Positions 35,150 to 48,671 of a stretch of DNA of 64,000 bases are shown here, piece after piece. The translations under genes and the position numbers were made by a program. The notes below the pieces were generated by a model. That model did no database searches. It was not told the DNA's origin and worked only from the letters and a program-made list of their open reading frames with translations. Origin of the DNA: Massalongia carnosa (Eukaryota). Each line of letters starts with the position of its first letter. The stretch's first letter is position 1. The DNA lies in NCBI GenBank assembly GCA_965645245.1, contig OZ287087.1:1240001-1304000 (forward strand), read 5' to 3'.

Positions 35150-38100
35150 TCAACCGTGGTTGAACTTCTTTACCTCTCATGTATGTTTGTCTATGTTGAG
35201 CTGTCTGATAAAGGAGAAAAACTTGACGTGCGTGAGGGTTTTTGTCAGTCCATCTGCTATCATGTCTTCGGTCGGAACATAGGTGAGGTCGATTCTTCCT
35301 TCTAGCACCTCGTTTCTTATAAAGTAGTGCTAAATGTCGATATGCTTGGTCCTAGAGTGGAATACGGGGTTATTGGCCAGTGCTATAGCGCTTTGATTGT
35401 CACCTTTCAATGCAATTGTGCCTTCTCCTCTTAACACGTTTATTGTCGGGGATCCGTCATCAGAAGTGATCAATCCGAGTTCGGTCATCAGTAAACGTAG
35501 CCATGTTGCCTCCTTTGCTGCTAAGGTGAGTGCCATATACTCTGCTTCGGTTGATGACAATGTGACGGTTATTTGTCTTTTGGAACACCAGCTTATTGGT
35601 CCATTGTTCAGCATGAACACATAACCCCAGTTGGATTTTCGCTGCTATTTGTCGAAGGTTATATCTCTATTCTTGGTACCGCTAAGGTATCTGAGAATGT
35701 GTTTGGCCGCTTTCATGTGTTTTGCCTGGATTCTTTGTATTTCGACTGATTACGGACGTTGCGAAAGCTATATCTGGCCTGGTTTCTATCATTGCGAACG
35801 TGATGGATCCGACCATGCTTTGATATTGCTTTATGTCCTTGTCGGAGTCCTGAAATTCATTGATGAAGAGACAGTTTTCTCGCATGGGAGTACTTTATAG
35901 TTTTGTTGACTCGATCTCGTTCGACTTTAAGGCCTAGATAGTAGCTGATTGGTCCCATGTCTACAATCTTGAAAGCTAGCTTGAGCTGTTTATTGACTTC
36001 GGTGATCATCGGGGAACCCTTTGGGCCTATGATGTTCAAATCGTCAACGAAAGAGGTAATAATGTGTCCTTTTATCCCTTGAGGTGTGATGAAAATCTTA
36101 TGATCTGCGTGGAGTTTCTCCAATCCTAATTTTCTCAATAGAAAAGCTGACAGTCGTTCATACCAGGGACGCGGAGACTGTTCAAACCGTACAGGGCTTT
36201 GTTCAACATACACACCATGCCAGCTGTGTCATATCCTTTTGGCATGTGGACATAGATGAGTTGATAATGAGACCGTACAGAAAAGCTGTCACTATATCCA
36301 GTCGCTCGGTTTGCAGATAGTGATGAGCAGCTAACGCGAATAGGAAGCGAAAAGCCATTGTTTGGCCATAGATGCAAAGGTTTGATCGAAATCTACTCAG
36401 TATTGTTGGAGATATCCTTGACAACCCATCAGGCTTTAAAGCGAACGATCTTTTCATTTACGTCCCGTTTCAGCTTGAATACTCATTTGCCACTTATGAC
36501 TATATGTTCGGGTTCCATGGACTCGGTAGGTAATGTATTCCAGGTTTTATTCTCCAGCAGACTTTTGATCTCATCAATTACCCAGACTGACTCCATTCGT
36601 TTGCGTATTTGGAGTTCATTGCTTGATGATATGTTGAGTCGTACGTGGGTAGATCAGTCCCATCTTTGAATAGGGCATCTTCATGAATTCGTAAGTTCTT
36701 GACCCTGATGACCTTGTAGTCTTTTTCCATAAAGTCGCGATAGATGGTGCTTCTGTCATATCCACACAGGATTCCTTTCTGAGCCCTCGGAGAAAATTTA
36801 GCAGCCTTGCTAGTTATTCCTTTTCGCTCTTCTTCGTGAATTAATGCATAGACTGTAGATCCGAGAATTCTCAGGTGATCCAGCTTAGGTGACTTCATCT
36901 CGAAGATCCCATACGGGGTTTTACCTGCTAAGGCGTTGGTTGGTCTGACGTTCTTGGTGTGAACCATGGCTAGAACCACCTCTGCCCACAAGTAGTCTGG
37001 AATGTCTCCGGCAATGACACTACATCTTGTCATGTCCATTATGGTTCTGCCCATTCGTTCCGCGACTCCGTTTTCATCTTGAGAGTATGGAGCAGCTGTT
37101 TCAAACGTTATGCCTTGTTCCAAGGACCAACCGTCTGACTTGTGACTGCGAAGCTCCGCGCCGAAGTCAGTGGAAAACTGCTTATGAGTTTTGCCTTTCC
37201 GGATTTGTTTTGAGCCATGCTGTAGTATGTCAACCAGTGATCAAACCATTCACTCTTCTTGTGGCCGGTATAGACATGAGTGTATCTGCTAGCATCATAG
37301 GTGAAAGTGAAGAGGTAAAGTTCTTTAAGACGTCCTGATGGCTTGATTAGTCCCACTAGGTCAGAGTTTATCTTTTGAAAGAGCTCTATGGCCTTCTCTT
37401 GCCGTGATCGGTTGAATATCTTCTTGGCTTTTCCCATTTCGCATGCATGGCAAAACCAACCGTGGTTGATATCGTCATCGTACGTTATGTCTAGCATTTT
37501 CAGATATTTTCGACAAGTTGCTATGTTGAGATGACCAAGCCTTCCATGCCATGTAGTGAGTTTTGATTTGACAGATAATGACGTCCAGTCCTTGATAGGT
37601 ATCCTCGTCCACTTTGCTCAAATGCATCCTCAAATCTGGAGTGTCAATGGTCGTTGAAATGTTGGTTGATGTATGAGATAAGTCCGCCTTCGTTTCTAAC
37701 GAGGTAGTCTTTTGTTCCTTTGCTCTTCCGGATTCGAGCGAACTTCTATGTCTTTTTAACTGTGGAAACTTCTGTAAACAGGTATCTAGCCAATGACGAG
37801 TATTCTTTCTCTTGACACATTAAGAGAAGGTGCAGTTCCCTGATGGGGCTCGACCTCTTGAGTCAGGTGTGCTGACATGAAGTGCCTTGGTGATTTTCAT
37901 GTTGACATAATAAGCAATAATGGTCTTCATTGCTTCCGACAGGTTTGTGGTTTCGTATATTCAATCTCGTCGAAGTTGGGCTATCAATGGGGAATAGACG
38001 TCTGGTGTTACCCAGCATCATTCCCTTAAGCATAAACTCCACGGTATGCACATCCACTTTGGCCTTGTCGTCCAGCATTCCTTTAATCTTGTTTAAAGCG

Positions 38101-38555
38101 CTCTCGTAATATGCACAGTATAGACTGGTCGTCTCGAAGTCGGTCATCTTCTTGGAAGTAACCTTCAGAATGATGTCGCTGATGCTCATTGGTGCTATAT
38201 CTTGGAATCTATCCTTCAGAATTTTCCACTTTTCTGCCACATTCTTGTTGTCGATGACGCTGTAATGGCACTCCGCAACTAATCCGTGAATGATTCCTAT
38301 AGCCTTGGTCATCTCGGCCTTCTGTCTATTCTTCTAGTCACGCAGTTCTTTTACCAAGATGCTGACTGAAAGAACTTTGGCGTCGAAGTCTGCTTGTATT
38401 AAACCTTCCTTGATGGTTTCAACGGTGATTTCTGATTGATTCTCCAGAGTGGCTCCTTCGCAGTTGTTCTTGAGCAGAATGCCCTTCGTATAGCTTGCCC
38501 ATGCCGAATATCTTTCGGCCTTCTCCAAAAGATGTGACGTATCTATGATAGACAT
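35150..38555 (-). pseudogene. pol: Copia gag-pol with multiple frameshifts, stops and deletions
   Basis: WHGRLGH..CHAC zinc finger, ENGVAERMGRT integrase, LNKALYGL..PRPWY and [30 protein letters not shown] RNase H. Confidence 0.9.
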
Positions 38556-39047
38556 AATGGGAGAATGGGGAGCAATTGAAAAAGGCGAGAAACTTAGTAG
38601 TGACTGAAAGAATGTCGATCTGAGACCTTTCTTATAGACAAGGAAAAAACAGTCCCTCCTTAGCCAGTGTCTACTCTGATTTCTCAATAGAGAAACCTGT
38701 TTGCTTAACATGCTTGTTTGCCATGATGAGAATTTCAACTCCGGCTTTTTCAAGGGTCCAATTGACCAAAAGCAAATTGAGCGCAGGGTTATTCCAATTT
38801 GATCTAACCGGCCTTAGACCGGTTAAAAATAAGAGGCAACTGCCGCACAATCTCATCTAGTGCCTTAAGGGGGCATAATTGCCAAAAAGAAAGGTCTTTA
38901 TACCTTCGATCAATGAGTTTACTAAGCTCATTGATGTCCGAGGGATTTTGTATTTTTTGCGTGTCCAGAACTCAACCACGGGTGAACTGACGCTTTGATG
39001 ATTTTTGAACCAATGGGGCGCTCAGGGCCAGCAATATACTTTTTTTT

Positions 39048-39800
39048 GCCTTCGACCATCGAGCTTAGCGAGCTCTTTTGGTTTCCGAGGACTTCGGCGC
39101 CTTCGACCATCGAGCTTAGCAAGCTCTTTGGTTTCCGAGGACTTCGGTGCCTTCGACCATCGAGCTTAGCGGGCTCTTTGGTGTCTGAGGACTTGAGTGC
39201 CTTCGACCATCGAGTATAGCAAGCTCTTTTGGTGTCCGAGGACTTGAGTGCCTTCGACCAGCGAACTTAGCAAGCTCTTTGGTGTCCGAGGACTTAAGTG
39301 TCTTCGACCATCGAGCTCAGCAAGCACTTCTGGTGTCCGAGACTTGGGTGCCTTCGACCATCGAGCTTAGCAAGCTCTTTGGTGTCCGAGGGCTTGAGTG
39401 CCTTCGACCATCGGGCTTAGCAAGCTCTTTGGTGTCCGAGGGCTTGAGTGCCTTCGACCATCGGGCTTAGCAAGCTCTTTGGTGTCCGAGGACTTGAGTG
39501 CCTTCGACCATCGAGCGTAGCAAGCTCTTCTGGTGTCCGAGGACTTGAGTGCCTTCGACCATCGAGCTTAGCAAGCTCTTTGGTGTCCGAGGACTTGATT
39601 GCCTTCGACCATCGAGCTTAGCAAGCCCTTTGGTGTCCGAGTACTTGAGTGCCTTCGACCATCGAGCTTAGCAAGCTCTTTGGTGTCCGAGGACTTGAGT
39701 GCCTTCGACCATCGAGCTTAGCAAGCTCGTTGGTGTCCGAGGACTTGAGTGCCTTCGACCATCGAGCATAGCAAGCTCTTTGGTGTCCGAGGGCTTCGGT
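39048..39800. repeat. 50-bp tandem array (~15 copies) in the Copia 5' leader
   Basis: Unit GCCTTCGACCATCGAGCTTAGCAAGCTCTTTGGTGTCCGAGGACTTGAGT. Confidence 0.95.
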
Positions 39801-40467
39801 GTAGTACGATCAATGTGTTTATACTCTTTCTAACTTGCAGTTTTTGTGCTTCTGACAAGAAACCGCTGTGTACAGAAGAGAGAACTGATTGATGTGATTT
39901 AATGGATCGTTTCTAAAGACACAGAAAGATTTTAATCATGAGTCTACGATTCATTGAATAGGAACGATGCTTAGCTGATTGCACTGCGAAGCTGCGGATT
40001 AAAAGTTTCGATTCGTTTAAATCTATAGCACCCTTCCCGGCTCATAACCTGTTGAAATAGGAATATGACTATTGCTATATGGCTATGTAATAATAAAGGT
40101 ATGTATGACCGTGATTTTAAGGATAAAGAGTTGCTAGACAGCAATCTTTTCCTATTACTGGTCACCCCCTTCTAAGCGAGGTGATCTTATCATATCTTGG
40201 GACTAAGCCTAATGCGGCATCTACGGTTTCCGTAGATGATCTGTCTATTTAGGGCAGCCGTAGGTGCTATGTTCATCGTACTGATAGGTGTTCATTGTAT
40301 TGGTAGGAATTGGATATTCAACAACTATTTTCGCGCGTTTAATAAACTTTTTTTGTGTTATTCTCGACACATGTCGAATGAGATCGAAATATGTGTTTAT
40401 TGATTTTAAACATAACAATTCTCGCTCATTCAAATGAATAACATCATTTCGTTGATCGAAATCAAAC

Positions 40468-43400
40468 TGTCACTGTTCGATCGTCGATTGATTTATTGGA
40501 CTGACGAGAATACGGCTTCTGCCGGCAAGCTAACTACTCTCGTCACTTAATTCAAGATTAAGCGGTCATAGGAGTTGAAAGCTCCGCGACGCTAAATCTT
40601 ATTTTTGATCATCACATCAAAGCGAATAGAAAAAAATCGTAAAGACAACAAGAAACATCAAAAGACATGAAAGGAACACTTCGAGAGCACACTTTCGAAG
40701 CAAACAGACGGACGAAAGAATCAAAAATAGAAGACACGATTTGATCAAACTGAACACTTTCAAAGAAAGTAGAAAAACAGCTGTATTGAGACAAGCAATT
40801 ATCTATATACACTTTTAAAGAAGGCTTTCTTTGCTTGTTTTCTTTCTGCATTTTTGATATTATCAGTTTCATAGCTTTTTAATTGATAAGTCAATTATAT
40901 TTTAATCGAATCGTAACACAATATCAAAGATCTTTTTTTATTCTGTTATTTATCGTGAAGAATACAAAACAACTCACCTCAGAATTCAGATTCAGTATCA
41001 AAAACTCATTTAGATTCAGATTCAGTATCAGAAATCAGATTCAGAACTTCAGAATTCAGATTCAGAACTTATGATGAATCGTCGAGAAACAGAATCAGGA
41101 CTTCAATATCTATTCGGATCTGTCAAAAGAAGAGTTTCAAATGAAAGCAGAAAAATTTTTCATGATTCAGATCATAAAGCATCTTAGAACGTGAATAATT
41201 CGAAATGAATATGTCGTGCTAAATATGATTCGTGTCATCAAGAAAAATAATGAAGAGGTTCGAGCTGAGATTACTGATGAAAAGAAAGATATCAATCGAT
41301 TATGCTTTTAAACGAATCAACAGAAAGAAATAATTGATTATCTAGAAAAGAATCTTCAAAAACTTTACAAGAAATTGACTGATATTAATCGATCGAACGC
41401 AATTTCTATTTCTTTCGTCGATTTCAGACCTATTATTTCTTTTTTCAATGTCAGTCAGAAAGAAAAACGTTTCATAAAGCTTTCTGATTCTTCGATATTC
41501 TCTGATGAAAAGAAATCGAATATCGAAAATTGATTAATCAAGACGCGAAGCAAGTTGTTGATCAATGAGAATCATATGTCAATCGAAATACGGCGAAAAA
41601 TCTATGTAGAAAACCGAGTAAATGACGAGATCATGCGACACATGAAAATCAGACTTAGAAAAAAATTCATCAAATCATTTGAAACTGTTGAGAAAATGCT
41701 GAAGTTGTTAAAACGAATTTACGAGAATCTCAATCGAAAACACACTGTTATGAAAACATTCAGAGTTCTGCGTATGAGAAATAAAAACTTCAATTCGTTT
41801 TGATCGAAATTTCAACGACTATTCTCGAAGTTAGATTATAGTCTCATCATTTTTAGTTTTGAATTAATTCAGAAGCTTTCACTGAACATGAAAAAGCAAC
41901 TGATAATCGAAAATCAGAAATTCACGAACATTTATGAATATGCTCATCGTTGTCGGAGGATTTTTCAAACTTTGATGAATGTCGAAAGTTCGAAGACGAG
42001 CTATGATCGAATGAACGAAAAAAGAAAAAACGTCAGCATCATCGTTTTCGTTTTTAAAACATCATCATTCAAATTTAAAATGAACACTTCTGTTTACAAA
42101 TCATTTATCAATTTCATCGTATCGATTTTCATTTTCGAACGTTTGACTGAAACAGAAGCAGAGCAATTGACAAAAGATGAAAGATGTTTTTATTGCAAGA
42201 GAAGAAATACGTGACAAAAGACTGCAGAAAAACTCTCAAGATCACTATTCAAAAAATAAAAAATGCGACGAGAAAGAATAGCCTCATTGAAAGGCGCGAA
42301 TGAGAAGAAATCTCTGTTGATTTCATTCTTTTATTTATCTGATGACTTGTTTACTGATGAATCTTTTGTTCATATATTACATTAAATAATAAAAATGAAA
42401 TAAAACTTGATATCTTTTTAAAAACTGATGCTACTGAACATGCTTTTATCGACGAATCAATAATGCGCATCATTTGTAAACAACTTCAAATCGAATTTCA
42501 GAAACTGACGAAATCTAAATCGATACGAGAATTTGATAAACGACATGTTCTTAATATCATTCAAGTCATTTATTCTATCATGACGATGCAGAATCATGGA
42601 AAGAATTTATTATCATTACTGATCGTCAAGTTAGAACAGCATCGAATAATTCTAAAAAAATCTTGAATGAGAAAGCACGAATTCATTCTAAAAATGAAGA
42701 ACCTTAAAATCATGTTTCGATCGAGACATTGCATTCATTCTGACGCTTTTAAATTATCAATCACGACGACTGCAGATAAATCAGAATCGATCGAAATAAT
42801 TAAAAAAGTCTTATCAGACAAGAAGAAATCAGTTCGAAACGATTCGCCTCATTAATAACAATTCTCATAAAAATCGAAAAAGAATCATCAGAAAAATTAT
42901 CAAAAAGATCGTCTGTCGAAGATAAGTCGATCGATTGCGTTCTTATAAAAGCAGCGATTTACAAATTACTGATCAAGAAAAAAGATGTTCAACTCTTCGT
43001 CATTTCTCTTAAAAACATTAATTATCAATTAAACAAGAAAAGTTCAATTTCTATCGACTCGAAGATCAAACTTTCTAAAAAATATCACGATTTTTTGAAA
43101 GTATTTTTCAAGATCGAATCGAATGCTTTAACATTTCATCGATCGTACGATCACAAAATTCTTTTGACGAGAAATCAGAATCATGAACGCAGTTATTTGA
43201 AAAGTATGTTTCACATGAAGTTGAAGTTTGTAAAAAAATATTTGAAGAATAATCTAAGAAAAAGATTCATTGAAATCAGTCATGTCGAATTTTCTTTTTC
43301 TATTCTATTGATCGAGAAATTCGAAGAAGAACTTCGCTTTTATGTTGATTATCGAAAATTGAATCATTTAAGCAAGAAAGATAAATATTCATTATTTCTG

Positions 43401-46400
43401 ATTGATGAAACGTTAATTCAATTAAAAGAGATCAAAGTGTTTCTCAAATTGAACATTCGACAGATCTTTCATAAGTTGAAAATGAACATGAAATTTGAAA
43501 ATCTTATTATCTTCAGCTGTCGCTTTGAAGCGTATATAGATAAGATTCTATCTTTCGAATTGTTCGAAGAATCTTCTTTTTGACAGCACTTCATTAATGA
43601 CACCCTTTTTGAATATCTGAATAAATTCTGCTCAGCTTAACTGAACGATATCTTAATATACAGCAAAAACATCACAGAACATCGAGAAAATGTTCGAAAA
43701 GTGTTAATAAAATTTCAAAAAGCTGAATTTTAAGTTAACATAAACAAATACGAATTTCATGTTATCGAAGTCAAATATTTAAAATTAATAATTATCACGA
43801 AAGAAATAAAAATGAATTCGATCAAGACTCAAATCATAATAGAATGAGAAGCTTTCTCGTGTTTGCGAGAAGTAAGATTCTTTATAAAATTTTGTAACTT
43901 TTATTGACAATTCATAAGAGATTTTTTCAAGATTGTCGAATCAATAAATGCACTGACGAAGAAAGAAAAAATATTCGAATGAAATGAAGTTTGCGAACAA
44001 GCTTTTCGAATTTTAAAACAAAAAGTTATGAAAATCTCAATTTTAATTCACTTTGATCTCAAAAAACAATGTTATTTGAAAACTGATTCATCAAATCATG
44101 TGAATGAAGAAATAATGTCACAGATCGATGAAAATAAAGAATTACATTCGATCGTTTTCTTTTCAAAAAATCTCAATCTCGCGAAGTACAACTATGAAAT
44201 CTACGACAAGAAATTGCTGCTCATTATTCGATTTTTCGAGCAATGAAGATCTGAATTGAAAAGCATCGAATCATTAGTTAAATCTTCACTGATCATAAAA
44301 GTCTAAAATATTTCATGATCACAAAGAAACTCACTCGACGACAGATTCGATGTATCGAGTTTTTCTCAGAATTCAACTTTGTCATCACTTATAAAACGAG
44401 CAAGCAAAATGAAAAAGATCGATGCTCTGACACGTCGTTTTAACGACAAGTTAAAGAATGATGACAATGAAAGACAGAAACATCAGTTAAAAACAGTCCT
44501 GACTTCAGAAAGATTAAATCTTCAATCAATAAAAATTATTGATGAAAACAATTATCTGACTTTCGTAAAGAAGATCATGCAAAGAAACCTTTCAAATAAA
44601 ACTTGCAATCAAATGAGAAAAAAGTTGCTTGAAGATGACTTCGAGAAATCTTTCGAAATAAGTTCATTTTTCAGAATCAAGAACTGTGTAATCAAGAAAA
44701 ATCATCTTTATAAAACTGAACGATTATGAGTGTCAATCGACGATGACTTGATTCTTGAAATAATACGACAAATTCATGATCAGATAGCAGTCGAACATTC
44801 TGAAATGACAAAGACACAACGAACAATTGTCAGGAATTATCATTGATCAGAAATTTTGAACTTCATTCGTCGTTATGTCAGAAATTGTCATGTGTGCAAA
44901 CGAGTTAAAGCGCCTCGAAACAAATACAATGAAATATTACAATCGCTGTCCGTTTTTGAAAAATCATGAACGAACATCTCACTGAATTATATAATCGAAT
45001 TCTCAAAATCTCAAAATAAAAATAATGCAATATTGATGATAATTGATCGATTGTTCAAGAAACGACACTACATTTCATGCATCGCAAAAGACGAAAAACA
45101 AATCGTCGAGACAATCGTTAGATTATTAATCGAAAATGTCTGAAAATATCATGATCTTTTAATCAGCATGATTTCTAATCGAGAATCGCAGTTTTTTTTC
45201 GAAATTTGAAAGAGCATGTGTAAAATCTTAAAAATCATCGCGAAACTTTTCACAGCATTTCATTCTGAAACGAACGATCAAAGCGAAATAATTAATCAAA
45301 AAATAAACGACATCTTCGAAGTTTTATCAATTACTTTCAAAACAACTGAATTGAATTATTATTAATGATCGAGTTCGCTGTCAACGCAGAAAAATCGAAA
45401 ACGACTCATTTCTCATCATTTATGACAACTCGAGATTACGAATCGAGAATGAATTTTAATTTAATTGACTTTTCAATCGACATCATTCAACAGAAACTCG
45501 TCAACGAGAATGTCAAGAACATCATCGAAAACATGAAAAAGATTTGAAACTTCGTTCGAAACAGTATGATCAAAACTCAAAAACGACAAAAAATCGCGAC
45601 GAATCGAAATCGAAAAGAAGCTTTCTATGAAAAAGAAAACATGATCTGATTATTTATCAAAAACATTCAAATCGAAAGAAGCTTCAAAAAATTAAATCAT
45701 AAAATGAATGAATCATATCCTGTGAAAGAATTAATCGAATTCGCATGTCGATTAAAATTATCGATTTCTATGAAAATTCGTAACGTGTTTCATATCAGCT
45801 TGCTGAGAAAGACAGCTAATGATTCTTTATTCGAATAAATGAACGATTCATCATCTTCAATAATAATAGATCACAAGAAAGAATGAGAAATGAATTACAT
45901 AATAACCGCTCGAAAGTATTATCGAAAAGTTCAATTCAAAGTGAAATGAAAAGATCATGATAAAACAGACAATGATATGATGGAATCGATTTCGAAAATA
46001 TCAAAGAAATCGTCGAAGACTTTTATCTTCGACATTCAAACAAATTTCGATGAAGCATTTAAAATCTTCACGAACAACGAACTTTCGCGAGCAGATGATT
46101 CGCGATTTTAAAAAAAAGATAATTTCACGATTCGATCATCGACTGATTTATTAAATTGACGAGAATACGACTTCTGTCGACAAGTTAATCATTCTCGTCA
46201 CTTAATTCATGATTAAGCGATCATAGAAATCGAAAGCTTCGCGACGTTAAATCTTATTTTCGATCATCACAATAAAGCGAATAGAGATAAATTGTGAAAA
46301 CAACAAGTAGCAACAAAAGACATGAAAAAGAAACTTCGAAAGCACACTTTCGAAGCAAAAAGACGAACGAAAGAATCATAAATAGAAGACACGATTTGAT

Positions 46401-46573
46401 CAAATTGAACACTTTCAAAGAAAGTAGACGAACAGCTGTGATGAGATAAGCAATTATCTATATAGACTTCTAAAGAGGGCTTTCTTTGCTTGTTCTCTTT
46501 CTGCATCTTTGATATTATCAGTTTCATAACTTTCTAGTTGATAAGTCAATTACATCTTAGTCGAACCGCAACA
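40468..46573 (+). mobile_element. Ty3/Gypsy family B, full-length, hypermutated
   Basis: 451-bp LTRs 40468-40918 and 46123-46573; TSD CAAAC; degenerate gag/pol (FEEELRFYVDYRKLN, YNYEIYDKKLL); PPT degraded to AAAAAAAAGATAA. Confidence 0.93.
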
Positions 46574-47375
46574 CAAACTTCGAATAATTTCTTCGCTTAT
46601 CATGAATTTTCTTCTTGTCACAGTATGGGCAGGAATTCTTCTCTTTATATTGACGATCATTCGATTTCTGATAATAATAAAATGTCTGTTTATCAGATGA
46701 CTGTGAACGATTTTTAATTTGCTGATTATTCTGATTGATTGAACGAGTCTGAGTTCTCGTCATCAAGATTAACGCATCAAACTTTTCGATCAACTCGACA
46801 ATAATCTTTTTCGTGAAATTGAACAAATTAACGATCGAGTTGTCAGCAACTGATGAGATAAGCGAATTCATGATATTTTTATAATCGTTCAGCATGTCAG
46901 GACTCGGTTGTGGGAGCGCTAAATCCAACGGCTCTTTCCGACCGAAGCTTCGGAGATAAGCTTCTAGAGCCGGATGGAAACTTCGAGAAGAAGGGCAAAC
47001 GGGTATATAGATTTCACATTCTTCTTTGTAGATAGATTTCTCTTCTTCATGCTTAGTCTCTTAGGTAGCTGACTACTATTCCTCTTCCCTGGATAGTGGT
47101 TCTTACATTAGACTAAGCATCTTCCCTAACCCTTGCTATCCTGAATTCGATATTAAACCGTTCAACCAGGAAAATTAGAAGAAGAACCCGGAACTTAGAC
47201 TAGAACCAGATCATAGGACCTTAGAAGCAAGGATTTCTAGGCCACCAGAATTACCAGAATCAAAAGAAGAACTCAGACCCAGAAGAACCAGAACCCAGGA
47301 TCGTAGAAACCAGGATTTCTCGGCCATCGAATAGAAGATCACAAGATAAGATCACCCCCAAGAAAGAAAGAAGAA

Positions 47376-48671
47376 ATGCCCCGAGTAATCAGCGAGCCTC
47401 GAAGGAGTAGGCTCACTATGGACGAACCCATGGAGGGCCGACGTGAGTCCATTGTCCCTAATATTATCGATGATGACTCCCCATATAGCATCGACTCCGT
47501 GGATAGACTGAATAAATTTGTCCGCCAGGACCCCCAGCGGGTGGTGGAAATGATAACTGAGTTGAAGACGGAGTCCCGAAAGAAGACCCACCTATTGAAC
47601 AAGGTGGCCGAAAGATTCAATTAAACGTTAGAGATAGCCCGGACCCTTCGCGATGAGCGGGACTCGGCCCAAGAGGAATTGGATAAAGCTAAGGTGATAA
47701 CCCAATTTCTTCAAAACACCAACATATCGTCCGCAAGCACCGTATCGGCCGAGAATGTGCATACACACACGACCACTACCGCGTCAACACCTGCCCCCGA
47801 AGGAGTTGGCAAATCTTCCGAGCTTCCTGACCCACCCATTCTCGAAAATAATAAAGACGACAACTTCGAGGACTGGCTATCTAGCATGCGAAATAAGCTA
47901 GAAGGCAATGCGGATTGGTACCCTACCGAGGCCATGAAAAAGGCATACGTACGGACTCGGGTTGGTGGTGAGGCAGTCAAGCATATAGCCTCTAGATTTA
48001 GAAAGGAGTCTACCAAACCATTTACCACTGCTGAAGAGATTTTCGATGATTTAAACCGAGTATATGGTGACCCTCACAAGGAACAAACAGCACTGCGAGA
48101 ATTCCGCGACCTTAAACAAGTGGGTAAATATCGAGAATTCCATGCCTTCTGGTCAGAATTCCAACGCTTAGCCAACGAACTTGAATATTCCGAAAAGACC
48201 CTACTGAATGAGCTCCGCAACAAGATAAACTTTGAGCTCCAGAAGATGCTAGCCGTCGAGGCCTACAAGGCCACCGATTTGTATGAATTCGCACGCCTAT
48301 ACATGCATACTGATCAGACCATCCGCGAGGTTGAGACCAAGACGAAAGGCTATCGAAAGATCTTTTTTGGCCCCTCAGTACCTATCGCAAGCACGGCCAG
48401 TGGGACCACCTCTATCGTAAAGGCCTCCACCCCCGCATTAACCCGTACTCCCGCAATGCCTTCCGCCACCAGCAGCCGATCTTCAACGCCCTTTATGGCC
48501 CGAGCCCCCCATCCCGATCCAATCATAGAGAAAAGAATGAAGGAAGGAAGATGTTTCAACTGCGATCTGACCGGGCATATGGCCAAAGACTGCCCTCAGC
48601 CTAGAAAGAGACGGGTTAGCGAGATGAGCGCAGAAGCAGAAGATTCCGGAAAAGACGCACCTCCGTCATAG
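47376..48671 (+). pseudogene. gag: Gag of Gypsy C (one internal stop at 47622)
   Basis: LPDPPIL..FEDW and CFNCDLTGHMAKDC knuckle. Confidence 0.88.

Larger units (their letters stand above)
34835..40323 (-). mobile_element. Ty1/Copia LTR retrotransposon, degenerate
   Basis: 274-bp LTRs 34835-35108 and 40050-40323; TSD AATAT/ACTAT (1 mismatch); PBS GGTTATGAGCC; G-run PPT; integrase precedes RT. Confidence 0.95.

Noticed and set aside
39048..39800. CRISPR array
   Set aside because: Units are head-to-tail with no unique spacers, there are no cas genes, and the array lies inside a eukaryotic Copia element.
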